A stretch of 64,000 nucleotides of DNA from Camelus dromedarius. Its lineage: Eukaryota. Both the position numbers and the translations under genes were made by a program. Positions 25,728 to 40,409 of this stretch are shown in pieces. The DNA lies in contig NC_087437.1 in the NCBI RefSeq assembly GCF_036321535.1, positions 2,728,001 through 2,792,000 on the forward strand, read 5' to 3'. The notes beneath the pieces were generated by a model. That model saw nothing but the letters and a program-made list of their open reading frames with translations, did not search any database and was not told where the DNA came from. Position 1 is the first letter of the stretch. Each line of letters opens with the position of its first letter.

Positions 25728-27029
25728 TTTTTTTTTCTTTTATCAAGTTCTGCACCCAGTCCACAGAGCCAGCTGAGATTTGCCAGAGTCAAAGACACAC
25801 CCCTCTAGTTCATGTGGGTCCTAGGTCCTGATGGTCACACAGGACCTCCACATCTCAACCCACTGTGTTCTCCCAGCCCAGGGAAACAGGGAGTGGCCAT
25901 CCAGGGCCACAGGCTAGGCTGTCTGACCAATACTCCCATTCTCCCAGGCAGTAGAAACATCTCAGACCATCCTCTCCACGACCCAGCTCACCTCACCTTT
26001 GCTCAAACTCAGCACCCCTAAAAACAAAGACCCACTATCTCAGGGCCTGTGTCACCTTCCAGTTCTCACTCGGCTGCCACCTCTCAGACACACTCCTGCC
26101 CGTCCTTCCTCTTTCCCAGGGTGTCCTGCCCTGTCTCGTGGTAAGACCCCCCAGGATGGGAACAGGCCATCTCACCCATCACTAGAACCCAGGGGCACAG
26201 CACACACCCAGCAGGGAAAGGACCCCAGTTGCTGGATAGGCAGATGTCTTGTCCTCCGCCCTTGGTATCAAGTGAATCCCCACCCAATCTCCATGCAGTG
26301 TCTCTGGCACCTGTCCCTGCCTTTTATTCCCTATCAGGCAAATTCAAGGCCATATTAGTTCATGCCGGCCTCTTATCAATCACCCTTTTACCTCACTGGC
26401 TTCCCTGCCCATTTCAAATCGACATTCTCCTCCTCACTAATGTGAGGGCTCCCCATTCTTTCAGGATGAGGTGTCAAAAGCCTTCCATTTAAGGTCATCA
26501 GCAATAATCATTTTTCAACCTTACCTCCACTAAGACTTCACATAAACCCTGAGGTCCAGGAAGTGGATCTGCCAACTCCATCCCTTCCTGACACTCCAGT
26601 GCAGGGAATACTCCTTGTAAACAGTTTAGTCCAGCATGACAAACCTTCTTCACAATATCTGTGAACCCAAGACCAAGAAAACCATCTCTTCTCAGAATAG
26701 TGTGCACGGAGGGCACAAATCAGATCCCCCGTCTTTCTCACATCATGGCATGTAACAAAAAGTATATTTGCACAACACACTTCAGTTAAAATGAGGACTA
26801 CTGAAGCCTGAGGGGCTGGCCTGGGGCTGGGACCACCTGGTCACAAGGACTTCTCTACATCCCTGCCCCCCACCCATCTCGGCCAGCTGGCTCAGAAGCT
26901 CTGCTCAGAGAGTCACACAGCTAGCATCCCCTGCTCTGGCCATCCCGTTGTGCGGTAATGAGAAGCCTGTGCTGCGTTTCACTCCATGTGGCACCTCCTG
27001 AGTAGTTTAAACTCTGAAATGTCAATGGG

Positions 27030-27215
27030 AGATGAACAACAAGTTCATACGTAGAGCACAAGGAACTATATTCAGTATCTTATAGTAACTTACGGTGAAA
27101 AAGAATATGAAAACGAATGTATGTATGTTTACGTATGACTGAAGCATTGTGCTGTACACCAGAAATTGACACATTGTAAACTGCCTATACTTCAATAAAA
27201 ATATATATATTTTAA
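27030..27215 (+). mobile_element. Short L1 3'UTR fragment (mirror ~49056-49241)
   Basis: Similar to the 3'UTR at 20520-20690; bracketed by direct repeat aatgtcaatggg (27018-27029, 27239-27250). Confidence 0.75.
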
Positions 27216-29300
27216 AAAGCACGTGCTCAGATTCTTTTAATGTCAATGGGTTAACTTTTTAAAATAGCTTTTTAAAATAAGCCAACACTGGTTCAACAGA
27301 CTCAGAAGACTGGTTAAACTGATCAGAGTGACCCTAATTTTTCTAAGCAATTTAAGTTTCTTCTCCCTTCTGCAACAAACCAAGGCAACAAAGTGCACAT
27401 GCTCCCACCATCTTAAACTTCACTTAAAGGCCAGTGCATGTCTCTTACCTGCTCACCCAAAGCTGAGCACCTTCCCCCGGTGGTGACCTGTCCACTTTTG
27501 CTGCCTTTGGTGGCAAGGTCACCTGACCTCACCTCTGGAAAGTAAGAGCCCCTCCAACTTCCCTGAGAGGGTGAGTGGGTGCTTAATGGCACCAGCAGGA
27601 GGAAAGGCCTACCGTCCAATCCTGAGCCCAGATCCCAACTCACCAGTGGGCCTCCTAGAACTCCTTCCCCACTTCCAACCCCCGATACTGTCTCTTCCAA
27701 AAGCATGTTCAATTCCTCTAACCAGTTCTCCTGTGAAATGGTTAAATGACCACTTCAGCAAGCAGGACATACTCCCCCACATACAAAGAATATGTGAGAA
27801 ATAACCTCCCTGAAAGCTTTTCAGCAGCTGGGTTATGCTGTTCTAGACTCACCCTTATCTAAGTGTTAAGGCCCTCCGCTCTCACCCTGGACTCTCGCAC
27901 AGCTGACCAGCAGAGCCTGACACAGGAGCTGACGTCTAGCCCACTCCACCTTGTTTAATTTATACGGGTTGCTTTCTTGAATCTTGAAATGATCACCCAA
28001 AATGGTTCACCTGAAGTTCAATAATAAGTGCCATTACTTTTTTTAATAGATGAGGAAAAGCAGTTTAATGCTCTTAAAATTGAAAGCCATCACCCACTCG
28101 ATTTCAGAACAGGAATCGAGTTTCGGGGGTTTTGTTTGTTTGTTTGTTTGTTTGTTTGTTTAAGGCAGCCCTGAGATTCAGAACCAGCCCTGAGTGAAGA
28201 ATTCCAAAATTCTTCACTGTGCCCTGTCCCATCTTCACATTAGAAACACAACGATGACCTAAAAAAGACAAGGCCCTGAGGAAGGAAACCTGCCTATGGA
28301 CCTATGTAAATAAAGAGAAGAACCTAAAAACAAAAAACACTGAACTAACTAAGCCATGAAGAAATAAGAATGACAGAGATCAGACCACTCCGGAAGGGAA
28401 CAGAGATCTATGTTCTCCTCCTCTGCAGGTCAACCCCGGGAGGGCCACTCCTCCTCTCAGGCCTCAGTTTTCCAGTTCTAAACATCAAGATGCCCCGCTC
28501 ATCTTGAAGTCTGTATGCTGCATGCTGGCTTCAGCAAAACAGCACACAGAAGCAAGCTAGCCAGCTCCAGGTGAATGTTAAACTTATCTGCTGCCCAAGG
28601 ACCAAGAATGGTTACATTTCTAACGTTCTGCCTGACAAATATAAACTGACAGTAAGGCTGCGATTACATTTCAACCCAGACTCAGTCCATTAATATCGTT
28701 GACCAAGAAAACTTCAAAAGCAGACCAAGCAGTACCTACTACTGACACCTGAGGCTCCTCCGGTGTCCTCCCCAGACTCCAGCATCAGGAAATGTCACTT
28801 GTAAGGCTGAACGACAGAATAAAAACTTAACGGTAAAAACTTAAAAGGTTTGGGGAGGGGAAGCAAAAGACAGATGATCCACATACAAAACTGCTGACAA
28901 GGTCAGCTAATATAAGTAAGTGTTAAGGAAAACAGTAATGAAATCCTCAAAATATCCCAGGGTTCCAGTGGGTATAAGAGAATCCCAGGGAGGAATCTGA
29001 TTCCAGAATCCTCTGAAAGAACCCCCTGCCACTGAAGGCGATGGGCATTAAACTTTTGCATGCACAAGAACAGTAGACGAGAGAACAGAAAATGAAGTTC
29101 AGGTGTTCGGTCACTAACCTGCAAGTCCTGAGAACATCACGGGTCTGGAGTGACGGAACCAATTCAGTCAATGTCTTCAAACCAAGAATTCAGTTTGCCT
29201 GCTCCTACTTTCCCCAAACGACTGAGCAACTGGGAAAAATGTGTTTCCTCTGAGGATGAATGAAGGTCGTAGCAGCAAAGCCTTAAGAACTGGTTGGCAG

Positions 29301-29448
29301 GGGGAGGGTATAGCTCAGTGATAGAGTACATGCTTAGCATGCACCAGATCCTGGGTTCAATCCCCAGCACCTCCATTAAGAAAATAATAATAAATGAATG
29401 AATGAATAAACCTATATACCTCCCCCTCCAAATAAAACAAACAAACAA
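29301..29448 (+). mobile_element. tRNA-derived SINE (mirror 46823-46970)
   Basis: ggggagggtatagctcagtgatagagtac...ctgggttcaatccccagcacc; TSD aagaactgg(t/c)tggcag at 29285-29300 and 29449-29464. Confidence 0.92.
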
Positions 29449-32400
29449 AAGAACTGGCTGGCAGATTAAGCCTGCCCAAAATACACAAGAAAACTTAAAA
29501 TCTGTTGCCACTGCTACAAAATTCCACCATACGGAAACTCAAGTGAAGATCCTGGCCTGAAACCTGCTCCCCTCCAAGGTTTTGGTGAGCAGCTGCCTCT
29601 AACGTAAAAATGTGTTGTCAAGTTTAAGAGCCATTGACTCAAAGGCTAACCGCACTGAGCAACTGGGACAGGAGGAAATGTTATATCGGGATTATAGGCA
29701 GATTTAAGGCCACAGGGTTTTTTTCACTTCCTTTCTGGGATAACCTGACTGACCTTTATAGGTGAGATCTCCTTACAATGACTCCTGAAGACCTCCAAAT
29801 GGTGAGGTTGTGGTGGGATTTTATGATAAAGAAAATCTAGTTCCTCGATCTGAGTGGTTCACTGGGCGTGGTAACTGAGATGCGAGACTCCAGGGGGATC
29901 ATCATGTAGTTGTCAACTAGGGGGAAAAGGATTCTGTCTCAGAGGTGAATGGAGGAGCAAGGGCTAGGGTACCCCTGACCACTTTCAAACATTTCCCACT
30001 TGTCCTCACAGCCATCCCATGAAGTTAAAGACGCAGTCCCCATCTATGGATGGGAAAGCTGAAGCCAGGTGTCCAGGCAACCCACCCAAAGCCGAAGAGC
30101 AGGAAGCTGCAGTCAGCGACAAAGCCAGACCCGTCAAATTCCCGAGCTGGCTAGAGAGCTGTAAGTGCAGGTGTGGAAGAAGGACGGGATCCGGGCCCGG
30201 ACCTTCTCATCTGTCACTGCAAGCACCATCCAGCAGTCCACTTCCCATACCTGGCCAGAGTCTACTCAGGGGTAAAACCAGAGGTACAGGGGACCCTCTT
30301 GATTCTCAAAGGCAGGACCCCATGAGAGAGCTGCCTGGCAAACATCTTCCCATCTTAACAGATGGAGGGGCTCTCCCTGAAAGTCAGAATGTGGGGCTCA
30401 GTAAGCCCGGGTCAGAAAAAGGGGCTGTGGCTCCTCTGCCCTGGTGAGGCATCACCACCCCAGCCACCCTGTATCTCTAGGGAGGCGCCAAGGCTGGTGG
30501 CAAAAACATTCACAGTCTGACATCAGAAAGGCCAGGGCCCAACCCCAGCTGTAGAAAAATCACCAAAGTGGCCCTGACAAGTATCACCCTCTGTAAGGAC
30601 TTCACCTTCTTCCATCTGAAATGTGGGGAGAGGCTGTAGCTCCAAGGGACACAGAGCAGACAGTGACGGTTTCTCCCACAAGCATGGAGGTGCTCCACAC
30701 GAGAGAAGCGGAGGAGTCACCCGTGCTTCTGGGCTCTGCCTCCTCTACTCTAGTCACGATGCTACACTCCCTGGACTCCAATTTACTGAGCAGGTACACA
30801 CAACAGGTGCTGTGCTATGCCACTTGCATTTATTATCTCACTCCCAACTCAGCTATTCAACGTAGACATTACTATTCCCTGTTTAGAAATGGGAAACAGA
30901 GGGCAAGGTTCACTAAGGTCAAGTCATTAGGAAGTGGCCGGTGGATCTCACACCCAACCTGTCCAAGCCAAAGCCAGAGCTGGCCCACACCACCACTCTA
31001 GGGACCTGCTGCCTGGGAACAGGCCCACAGCCCCACCTGGCACACAGCAGGAGGCACTGGCTGTGGAACGACCTCCCCGGCCCCAGGAGGAGCTGGTTGA
31101 CCACTACAGTGCAGCAGGAGTTTTTTAAGTGCACTCAAAGGCATTACCTCATTCAGGAAGAATTATGTTTGAAGGTTCAAACCAAAAGACCTGTCCAGCA
31201 AGGTGGGTCGGGTGGTGCCAGATCTAGAGATGGAATTGCAGGAGGAACGGCAGAAAGATTCTTCAACCTCAAACAAGTGAAGACCTCCTCCCCAGTCCCC
31301 CATGCTGCCTCCGCCTCCACCCTCCCTGCCCTTGGTTGCAGCCGCGCCTGTCTGTCTTTGAGGCCAAGCAGCCTCAAAGTCCTACAGCCTCTAACCTTCC
31401 CCCAAACTCCTGCCTCAGCTTTCTGGGGCCCCCCTTTCGGGTGCAGCCCAGCCCCTGCCAGCACATTCTACCTTAAATGCTGGCCTCTGTTCCTTAGGTA
31501 TCAAGTCTCCAGTCCTTTTATGTAAGTAATCCACGAACTGGGAATCAGGAGAACAGGAAAGCAAGGCCTCTGACAAACTCACCTGTGAAACAAGTACATT
31601 TGTGAAGACAGAGGGAAAGTGGGTGCAGCACACTGAAGCTGCAAGGATCCTTTCCTACATGCCCTGGAGGGTTCCCAGATGACTCCCAGTCACTTCCTAA
31701 GGCTACCTGCAGGTATTTAATTAGAGTAAGTTCCTTTGTCTTCTAAAAGACTAACCTACGCTTTCATCAGACAAAAAGAAGTCACAAATACAGCATCAAA
31801 AGCCAGGGAAGGGGCAAGAAGCCCGCGGCCTGACATTCCTCTTGACTAAAATGTCCTGGATCCTGTTTGCTGGAATCCACAAGTATGCAAGATCTGTCCC
31901 CAGCTGGGACTTTTGTTTCTAACACCATCTCACTGTTGCCACCTCACTGCCACCACTTCAGGTCCCCCATCTTTTTTTTTTAACTCAACCATCTTAACAC
32001 GTTACCTTCATAACTCAAAGAAAAGACACAGCTTTGCACAGTTAGCACATGAAACACGTTTCGTTACCTGAAAGAATAGCAGTCGGAGGCCAGATTGTCT
32101 AACTCACCTCCTAGAACAGCTCAGATAATTCAAGAGAATCCATTCTGACAACCACACTTAGGTGGCAGCACAATTCCGTAAGCCTCCAAAAACGACACTG
32201 CCAACTCGTTCTGCTGTTTCTGCCACTATTGCCAACCTGACATTTGTTATAAGCAAATCCCAACGATGCTCTATTACCCCAGGACAACTGCTCATAAAGG
32301 CCTCACCTACTCACCTATTTCATCATCTTCCTAGTTTTCTACAATGAGTATAGATTAACTCAATGATGGGGGGGGGATAAGCCTCAGGAAAATAGCCTTG

Positions 32401-33238
32401 TCTGTTCCATTTGACGGCACAGAAGCATCCCAAGTGCAAACAGGTAGTTCTCCAGACAATCATTTGAGTTGTCCACACTTTCAGAGATTAGCACACCAAC
32501 AGTCCTTAAATGGATTCAGTGCTAAGGGTGTGACATTTTTTCCCCCATGGAAACTGACATATTCAAGACCTTGCGGGTCATTCTTGATTTTTTCTCAAGA
32601 GAACAAAACACCAGAAAAAAATGCCAACATTTCAGAATGGCTTCGCTCCTTCCCCACTCACCTCCTTCAGGTGCATCTTTCAGTCCTCTGGTATCCAAGG
32701 GCCACGAGGTCCTAACTATGAGCCTCAGCACACCCTCACTGCACCAGCCCCTGCTTTATCCTCTTCAATGGGGTTCCACTGCTCTCAAGGTAAATTCCAG
32801 ACCCCCTCAGCCCTGGGGAGTGACTGCCTGTTTGTCTCTCTCTGCTTCAAACACACTGATCTTCCTTCAGTCCCGAGCACTCTCTCTGCCTGAAAAACTC
32901 TTTTTCTCTTTTACCTATTTAGCTCCTACACATCCTCTGATCCCAGCTGAAGGCCCCCCCTCAAGTCTTGCTCACCAGGTCACAGGGTCCCTCTCTCCTT
33001 GGCGCTTGTAAGTTTCCCCAAGTTTATGAGATTAGTTATGACTTCTCTCCCACTAATCTCACAGCAAACGCCGCTGAGCACTGGAGGCACGGTACGCACA
33101 CTGCTATCTATTGACTAAATCAATCCAGAAATCACTACTTGCAACGGTAGAAATTCACAAAATAAATGATGCAAAACAAGTGAGAATTACTGAAGAACTG
33201 AGAATTGGAGTCTTTAAAATGTGTTTTATTACTGAAAT

Positions 33239-33438
33239 NNNNNNNNNNNNNNNNNNNNNNNNNNNNNNNNNNNNNNNNNNNNNNNNNNNNNNNNNNNNNN
33301 NNNNNNNNNNNNNNNNNNNNNNNNNNNNNNNNNNNNNNNNNNNNNNNNNNNNNNNNNNNNNNNNNNNNNNNNNNNNNNNNNNNNNNNNNNNNNNNNNNNN
33401 NNNNNNNNNNNNNNNNNNNNNNNNNNNNNNNNNNNNNN
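33239..33438. other. Assembly gap (200 N)
   Basis: Exactly 200 N, a round number typical of a placeholder scaffolding join. Confidence 0.99.
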
Positions 33439-33487
33439 CTGGGGGCCTTTAAGGGCCTCCTTTGATTTCCTCTTCTGACAGCAGAAC

Positions 33488-34000
33488 TGTTAAAAGATAA
33501 ACTTGGGACATGTTACAGATTTTAAGAGATTTGTGAGCACAAACCGATTTGAATCAGGCCGCGCCAAGCCAGATGTGGTCAGGGGCACTTCTCCAGCGGG
33601 AGCCTGGGGAGCAGTGTTGGGGTAGGGGCACCAGCCCTCCGGGCAGTCAAAAGCTTAACTCTGTGTATGTGGGTCTTCTGTACTGAGTCTTCCTTATCCA
33701 GGGATTTAGCCAACCAGGAATTGTGTAGTACTGTAGTATTTACTATTGAAAAAGATCCACATAACAAAGGGACCCTCGCAGTTCAAACTCGTGTTATTCA
33801 AGGGTCAACCGTGTGGAAGCAAAGTAAGGGCATGATTGAGTGGCTGTAGCTTAAAGCCTAGTTGTGGGTCTGTGATTGGTTGTCCTTAGTGTTTCGATTT
33901 CCTAACCTTGAGGCATCCACAGGCTTAGATTTTGGTTTGCTTACTTGGGCTGCCAGAGCTTCAGAGCTACCTCCGCCCAGTGGCCTCTGTGAATGAATCT
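33488..34000 (-). mobile_element. ERV LTR remnant with nested Tigger2-like element (~33610-33811)
   Basis: LTR-like start 'tgttaaaagataaac'; Tigger-like end 'gttcaaactcgtgttattcaagggtcaaccg' and a shared core with 24651-24846. Confidence 0.5.
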
Positions 34001-37000
34001 CTTGGTGGGGCTTTGCCAGAGCAGAGAAAGGGTGCACCTTGAAGAGGGATGGCAAGGAGTGAGATATGCCTGGAGAGGGGGCGCGTGAATGACACTGGGG
34101 GGTCATGAGGCAGAAAAAGTGGACTGGAGCCAATTTTGAAGGACTTGATGGGTCCTGCAGATTGTAAAACTTTTCCACACAAACATAAAGACTAAGAAAA
34201 TTTTTACTTGGGATCTATAATTTGGCATAATCTTGAGCTGTTGGAAATGCTCCATTTTATCATTCTTCACTTAATTTTCTATATTTCTGTTTCCAAGTTT
34301 AAGCTTTTTCACTTCAAAATTTGTTTAATGTCATAATATGTCCTGGAAACATAAGGAAATATTGCACTTTTCAGTAGCCCAGAGAAATACAATTTTTCTT
34401 GCATTCAAAGTGAACTAAAATGGGGCTGAGGGAGGGGATATACCCTACAGCCTTTCTCTTCAGAATGAGATTTGTGGACCAAACACTTCAGCCTTCCCTG
34501 AAAGCTTGTTGGAAGGTGCAGCTTCCACCCTACACCCGGGGAACCAGAATCTGCATTTGGTTCTGAAAGGGTCCCCAGGCCAGCGGAGGGTCCATGTGCC
34601 CGTTATGTTGGTGAGCACCGCTGACAGCTTGTTGAATTTTCCTGTAATGTGCACTTCACCTCCAGCCAGTTTTCAGTTCCCGGTATGGGGTATGGAAAAT
34701 ATTGACGTGGGAGGATTATGGAGGGGAGACTACAGAATGTTTGTTGTAAATCAGTGTTTCCCATTGCTTGGCAGTGAAGTGTGGTGCGGTTGAGAACTTG
34801 GATAGGCCTGGGTTGGATGTCTACTTTTATGCCACTTATTCACTATAGACTTTGGGCAATGATGGTACCTTCCTGATAGATTATGGCAATTACGTCAGTT
34901 AATACATGTAAACACTTAGAACAATACCCATTAACATAGGATAATAGCATTTATCTCATCAGCTTATAGTAAAGGGTTAAATTGAAAAGGTAATTGAAGT
35001 TCTTAATATAATATTGGTGTAATATATTGGTTGAAAACATATGGTAATGTAGTTGTGACACAACCCCTTCCTCATTAGGTTGCTAGGGTGTTTGAGTTAG
35101 TCTATTTAAAGCACTCAAAACAGTGCCTAATACAATTAGTACCTTGTTACACAGTTACTAACACATGGGTGAGTAGTTGAAGAGGTCAGTTAGTGGTAGC
35201 TGTTAGCATTATTATGCATCTATTAGCATTATTATCTATCTTATTTTTTATTATTAGAGTGTAAAATGTGATCATGAAAAATTTCGTAGTTTCTTTCTTT
35301 CATGGAATATTAAAATGTTACACATCCTCTCTCCTTAGAGAAGGGCTTATTCTTGTGCCTTTTCCTTCTGAGGAGAATGTAGTCAGACGGGCAGTGTTCG
35401 TGTAGGTGTGTTCACAGATTATCAGCAGTTCCCAGATTTCTAAATCCCACACCGCACGCTTTCCTCACTGTCATCATCTCTGCAGTAGGGGCACTAACGC
35501 GCCTGGTGGTGAGGGTGAAAAAGGATTATTGGATGTTGGAAAGTCAGCTCAACTGTCTGCCCACAGCTCTGTCAGCTCATCTTCTGTTTTCATTTGGTCC
35601 TCAGCGTCATTGAGAATTGTTGTATATCGTGACGTGGGTCTACAGAATCACATGCTTATGCTTGAAACCTCAAATAGGAGCTCTGAAGGTTTAATCCATG
35701 ATTAGTGAGGGCCTACTGTAATTCCTTTTTGTTTCTCTTCCCCACTTAACTTTACTCTTTGAGACAGGAATTTTTTCTTACCTATGCTTGAATTACTATT
35801 ATTAAAAAGAAAAAAACTTCACACTTGATACCAAGCCAGGACATAGTAGATACTGAGTAAATGTTTGTTGAATGAAGAATAAATGTACTAAAGTAAAAAA
35901 CTCTTATTGTTTTATTGGAATTATTTTTATATATTATTTAATAGCATCATTTTATTTTTAAAATCTCTTCTGTGTCTAGAATGTTAGGTAGGGTCATGAT
36001 CTAGGTCCTCTAGACAATATTCTAAACTAACGTAAGACTGTAATGTACCTTATGGGTGTCGCAGGTGAGGCCTGTACTCTGTAGTGCCACCTGGTAGTCT
36101 TCTGGGGCCAAAACAGGTTTTGAGCAAATTTTACTTGAATAGAATTGAATATAGCAAACTGAGTTGCCTTCTCAGAAAGTGCTTCTCTTCCATAGATTTT
36201 AGCTAATACCATGCAGCAATTGTGTAATCAAAATAAAGCCTAACTTTTCACTGACAGCTTTCCAAAAGTAAGTATAGTTTGACCACAAAGTCCCACTGTC
36301 CCTATGCTAACTATAATCATGTGTGCTTTGAGCCTTTGGGTGCAGTTTATTAATATACCATCACTTAGCCATTGTCCTTGGTTCTTTATTGAGATTGTAA
36401 ACTTTCTTGTAGTTATCATATATATCCCTTAGAGTATACACAGCAGGTTATCAATTCATTTTTAAGATATGAAATAAATACATCAAAATTGGACAGTTGC
36501 ATGTGTTTAGAATATGTAGTCTAGAATATTTTCTGTTAATAGTATTACTGAGCTTGAAAAAAGGAAAAGAGAACAGACCTGATTATGTAAATATATGTTT
36601 TTTTTTAAAAGAATGAACAATTTTCAAACACCTAAGCCAACAGCATTTCCTCGACACACATTTGGTTTAGATAAGCATCCTTCTGTTTCTTGAAAACACT
36701 AGTAGTGAAGGTAGGAGTCGCACCACCATCTCATTCTTTACCGTCAACGTGTACAGCGTTTCCCCTTTTCTCCTTCAGTAACTTACTTTGAGGTCTCGAT
36801 CGGGGTACTTTTGCTTATTCATTTTTGTTTGCAGACAGAGTCTTAGAAAACCAAGCCCACCTTCCTCATATGTGTAAACCATTCTAAAGCATCTTCCCCT
36901 GGGAGATCCGAGATTATGGAATGCTGTTTCCTCAGCCTGTGCCCTAGAGGAAAGAGGTCTGTGAAACCTTTCCTGTGAAAGAATTCCTGGCTGGTGTCTT

Positions 37001-37714
37001 ACATGTGCACATATCCTGGTGTGTGTACTCTGTATCATCACATACACAAAACTTGGGTCTATTTTTTATTCTCTTTAAAAACGTAGGTAAGTTATTATTT
37101 AACTTTAGTTTCTTTGTCTGTAACATGGGGATGATAATGCTGTAAGTTATCAGAATTGAATTAGATGAAGTGTCCCAAGTGCCGAAATGTATGAGGAGTG
37201 TAATAAATGATTGTATTCATAAGCTCTCATGGTACATTTAAAGTATTCATGCTCAGAAGTTTGACTCTAGAATACAGGTTCAAACCCTTACCTTTTGCTT
37301 TAGGAGTTATTTATATGTGCATGTTAAACACCTATTTTGAGAGTTTCTACTCTCTTCAAAGTTCAGATCATGATTTTTTAAGGTTGTTAGTTTTTTTAAA
37401 GATTTCTGTGTTTTTATATTTGGCGGTTGTATTTCCTCGAACACAACTTTCATGAAAAGATACGGAAAAACATCAGTATTTGAGAAAGAGAATGATTGCG
37501 TATTCCTTACTTTTCAGCCTGGACTGCTTATCTCTTCAGAAAGGACCACACGCTCTTTGTGCGTCGGCACAGAGTGGGGCACCTTCCACGTGCGGACTCC
37601 TGACCCTTCTAGAAGCCTCATGTCAGATGCTAGTTTCTCAGTTTCTCAGACTTGTCCAGGGAGACTTCTTTACTCGGCCACACACAGGCCATTCAAAGGG
37701 TTAAATAAGAAAGT

Positions 37715-38250
37715 CGTGTTATTTTCCTGTTGCTACCATAAAAAGTTACAAGTTATTGGCTTCAAACAGCCCATTTATTTCCTCACAGTTACGTGAGTCG
37801 GGAGCCCGGGTGCAGTGTGGCTGGTCACCTGCTCAGAGGCTCACAGGCCAAAGTCAAGGTGTCGGCAGGGCTGTGCTCCTTTCCGGAGGCTCTGGGGATG
37901 AGCCGCTCCAGTCTCAGGTGGACAGGGAACTCAGGGCCCTGGGGCGTAGCAGTGTGGCCCCTGTTTGCTTGCTGCTGTCGACTGGGGCTTCTCTTTGTTC
38001 CCAGGGCTGTCTGACTCCTTGTCAGGCTTCCACGTGGCCCTGCAGCCACATGAGAGCTGGCGTCTCACACTGCAGAGCTCTCTGCCAGCACCTTCGGCCA
38101 CATCCTTTGGCTCCAGGCAGAGGAAGGACTCATGTGGATAGATTGGCCCCACTTGAATGCCCCAGGACACTCCCTACTTTAAAGTCTGTGACACGTTTCA
38201 GATTCCAGGGATTAGGGCGTGGACATCACTCGAGGCTCTTCTGCCTCCCC
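37715..38250 (-). mobile_element. MLT1-type MaLR LTR
   Basis: 'ttgctaccataaaaagtta...tttatttcctcacagtt...aaggtgtcggcagggctgtgctcc...ttccagggattagggcgtggacatc' follows the MLT1 pattern. Confidence 0.7.
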
Positions 38251-40409
38251 TGAAAGTCCTCAGCATGGTGGTTAGAAGCGTGGAGTCGAGCTGGTTGCCT
38301 GGGTACCACTCGTGGTTTGTATCATTTTGGGCCAGTCTGTGCACCTCATGTTTGTCATCTGTAAGATGGGGATAATACTTGTACCTTGGCCATGGGGTTG
38401 TTTGATGACAGTGACAATGCCTGGTGGGAGGACACCCACAGACTTGGACAGGGCATGTGTGTCCCCGTCGTGGAGCTCAGGGGACAGTTGTCCACACACA
38501 GACAGCTGTGCCGAGCAGACTCGGAAGCATGTTCCTGCTTGAACAAAGTTCCATGGCCTTTTACCCCACTGAGGGCTCCTAGTCCAGGAGACGTCTCTTA
38601 GGTCCCACGAAAGCCCCTTTCCAGGCTCACAGTGGTGGTTAATGCCCTTCCGTCTCCTCTTCACCCTTCTGAGCGCCCTGCCTACACACTTGTCTGCCTC
38701 CAGGAGCAAGAGTTTGAGAACAAACCAGGAAGATTTCCCAAATGCCTTCTGCAAGGGTGAATCAAAGCCCGTTTTCCAAGATACACCATATTCCCAGCAG
38801 CTCCAGGCTGTAGACATGTCTGAAGTGTGTATGTACAGACACCTTTCCCTGCATATTTCAGATTACACATGGCTCTTCAGGCATTTACGATGTGACGTCA
38901 TAATTATGTTTATGTTTGTCCCATTAGACCGGGAACTGTCGAGGGTGGGGACCCAATCTTAATTCAGCTTTTGTCCCAATAACAGTGCCTGGCACGTGGA
39001 GAGCAAGAATTATTTATTTTTCAGAAGAATAATAAAATAATGTAATGTTAGACTGAAACTTTGCTAATGATCCACATTCTTTTTCCTCAAGTATTTCTGT
39101 ATTGTATTCATACTGTGTGATTGAGTGAAAGCTATAAACCTTTCCAAAATCTAAAGGTAAACTGTAAACAGAATCAAGCAAAGATTTTCACAGTAAGTGC
39201 TTAGCATGTGGAGGCCCAGGGACTTTGGAATTACACGGTCCAGTCACAGCTCCAACAGCTGTCTCTGTTATGTGACCTTGAGCTAGCCTCAGGTTTCTCA
39301 CCTAAAAATCAGAGAATCATTCGGTGATGTGAAGATTAATTGAGATACTGTGTAGAGCACTTAGTGTCAGGCATATAAATGCTCAATAATTATTCTCTTT
39401 ATAATAATACCATTATTAAATAAGATGAACCAGTTAAAATTTCTTCAAATACAATTACAGCATGATAAATTTTCTTCTTTGTTCGTAAGACTTTGATTCC
39501 AATATACGCAAATTAGAAGTCTCTTTTATGAGAGAGAGTTAGAAAATTGGGAACTAGAAAAGATACTGTAAAGCAAAGGTAAAGAAGTTATTTTTACAGT
39601 GAAATTTTGTCAAGTATGAAAAGGAATTAGAGCAAGTTATCATAAGCCTTAGAACTATACTCCAGTAGCATTTATGAGGAATAAAGCATATGCTTTGCAA
39701 TAAAGTAATCCAGCCGGAGCTGAATCTGTACATAAATGTGCGTTAGGCCTGCATTCAGCTACAGTAAACAGAAGAGTCAATTTGGGAATATCTTAGTTGG
39801 ATTGTTTTTCCCATAGAACAAGAAGTCTAGAAGTAGGCAGCTGTTGGCATTGATTTCAACCAAATCAGGGTTGAAATAATTGCAATTTGTGCACTTATGT
39901 TGGTTTTTCTCATATTTTTTGTGTTGTAAGAGGGCTGCTGCAGTTCCAGATTTCTTGTCCAATTTACACCAGGATGAAGGGAGAAAAAAGAAGGGCATGC
40001 CAGCTGCATCTTTCTCTTTTATCAGGAAACATGAGAACCTTCCAAGAGCCCCTAGAGGACTCGCACTTGTGTCTGGTTGGTCAGAACTGTGTAGTGCCTG
40101 CCGCTGGTCATAAGGGAGTGGGGGAAAGCAAGAGCTCTCCTGGGGCTGGATGCGATGCTGCTGTGAACACAACCAGGATTCTGATCCTACGGAAGTAGAG
40201 TTAGGGGAGTAGACACCAGCTGGGTTCTACCTTATGGGTTCCATCACGTCAGGTTATAAAGAGGTCGTACTCCAGTGTTTCTTCTTCCCATGAAAATTAT
40301 TCTGCATCTCTGATTCATGGGAGAATCCAAAGAGCAAGACACCGGAGGCTTAAATTGCTAACTTGGAGTGAAAAAGTTGTGTAACAGTTGGATGGGGAAT
40401 CAGACAACT

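Larger units (their letters stand above)
12259..33238 (+). repeat. Left arm of large inverted duplication (left limit set by the window end of the right arm)
   Basis: Reverse complement of 43033-64000. ORF pairs mirror each other with coordinate sums 76259-76271; both ends checked base by base. Confidence 0.98.

Noticed and set aside
30941..31525. Longest ORF (194 aa) and its mirror 44746-45330
   Set aside because: Non-ATG start, no recognisable domain, overlapping ORFs in several frames; its duplication only reflects the inverted repeat.
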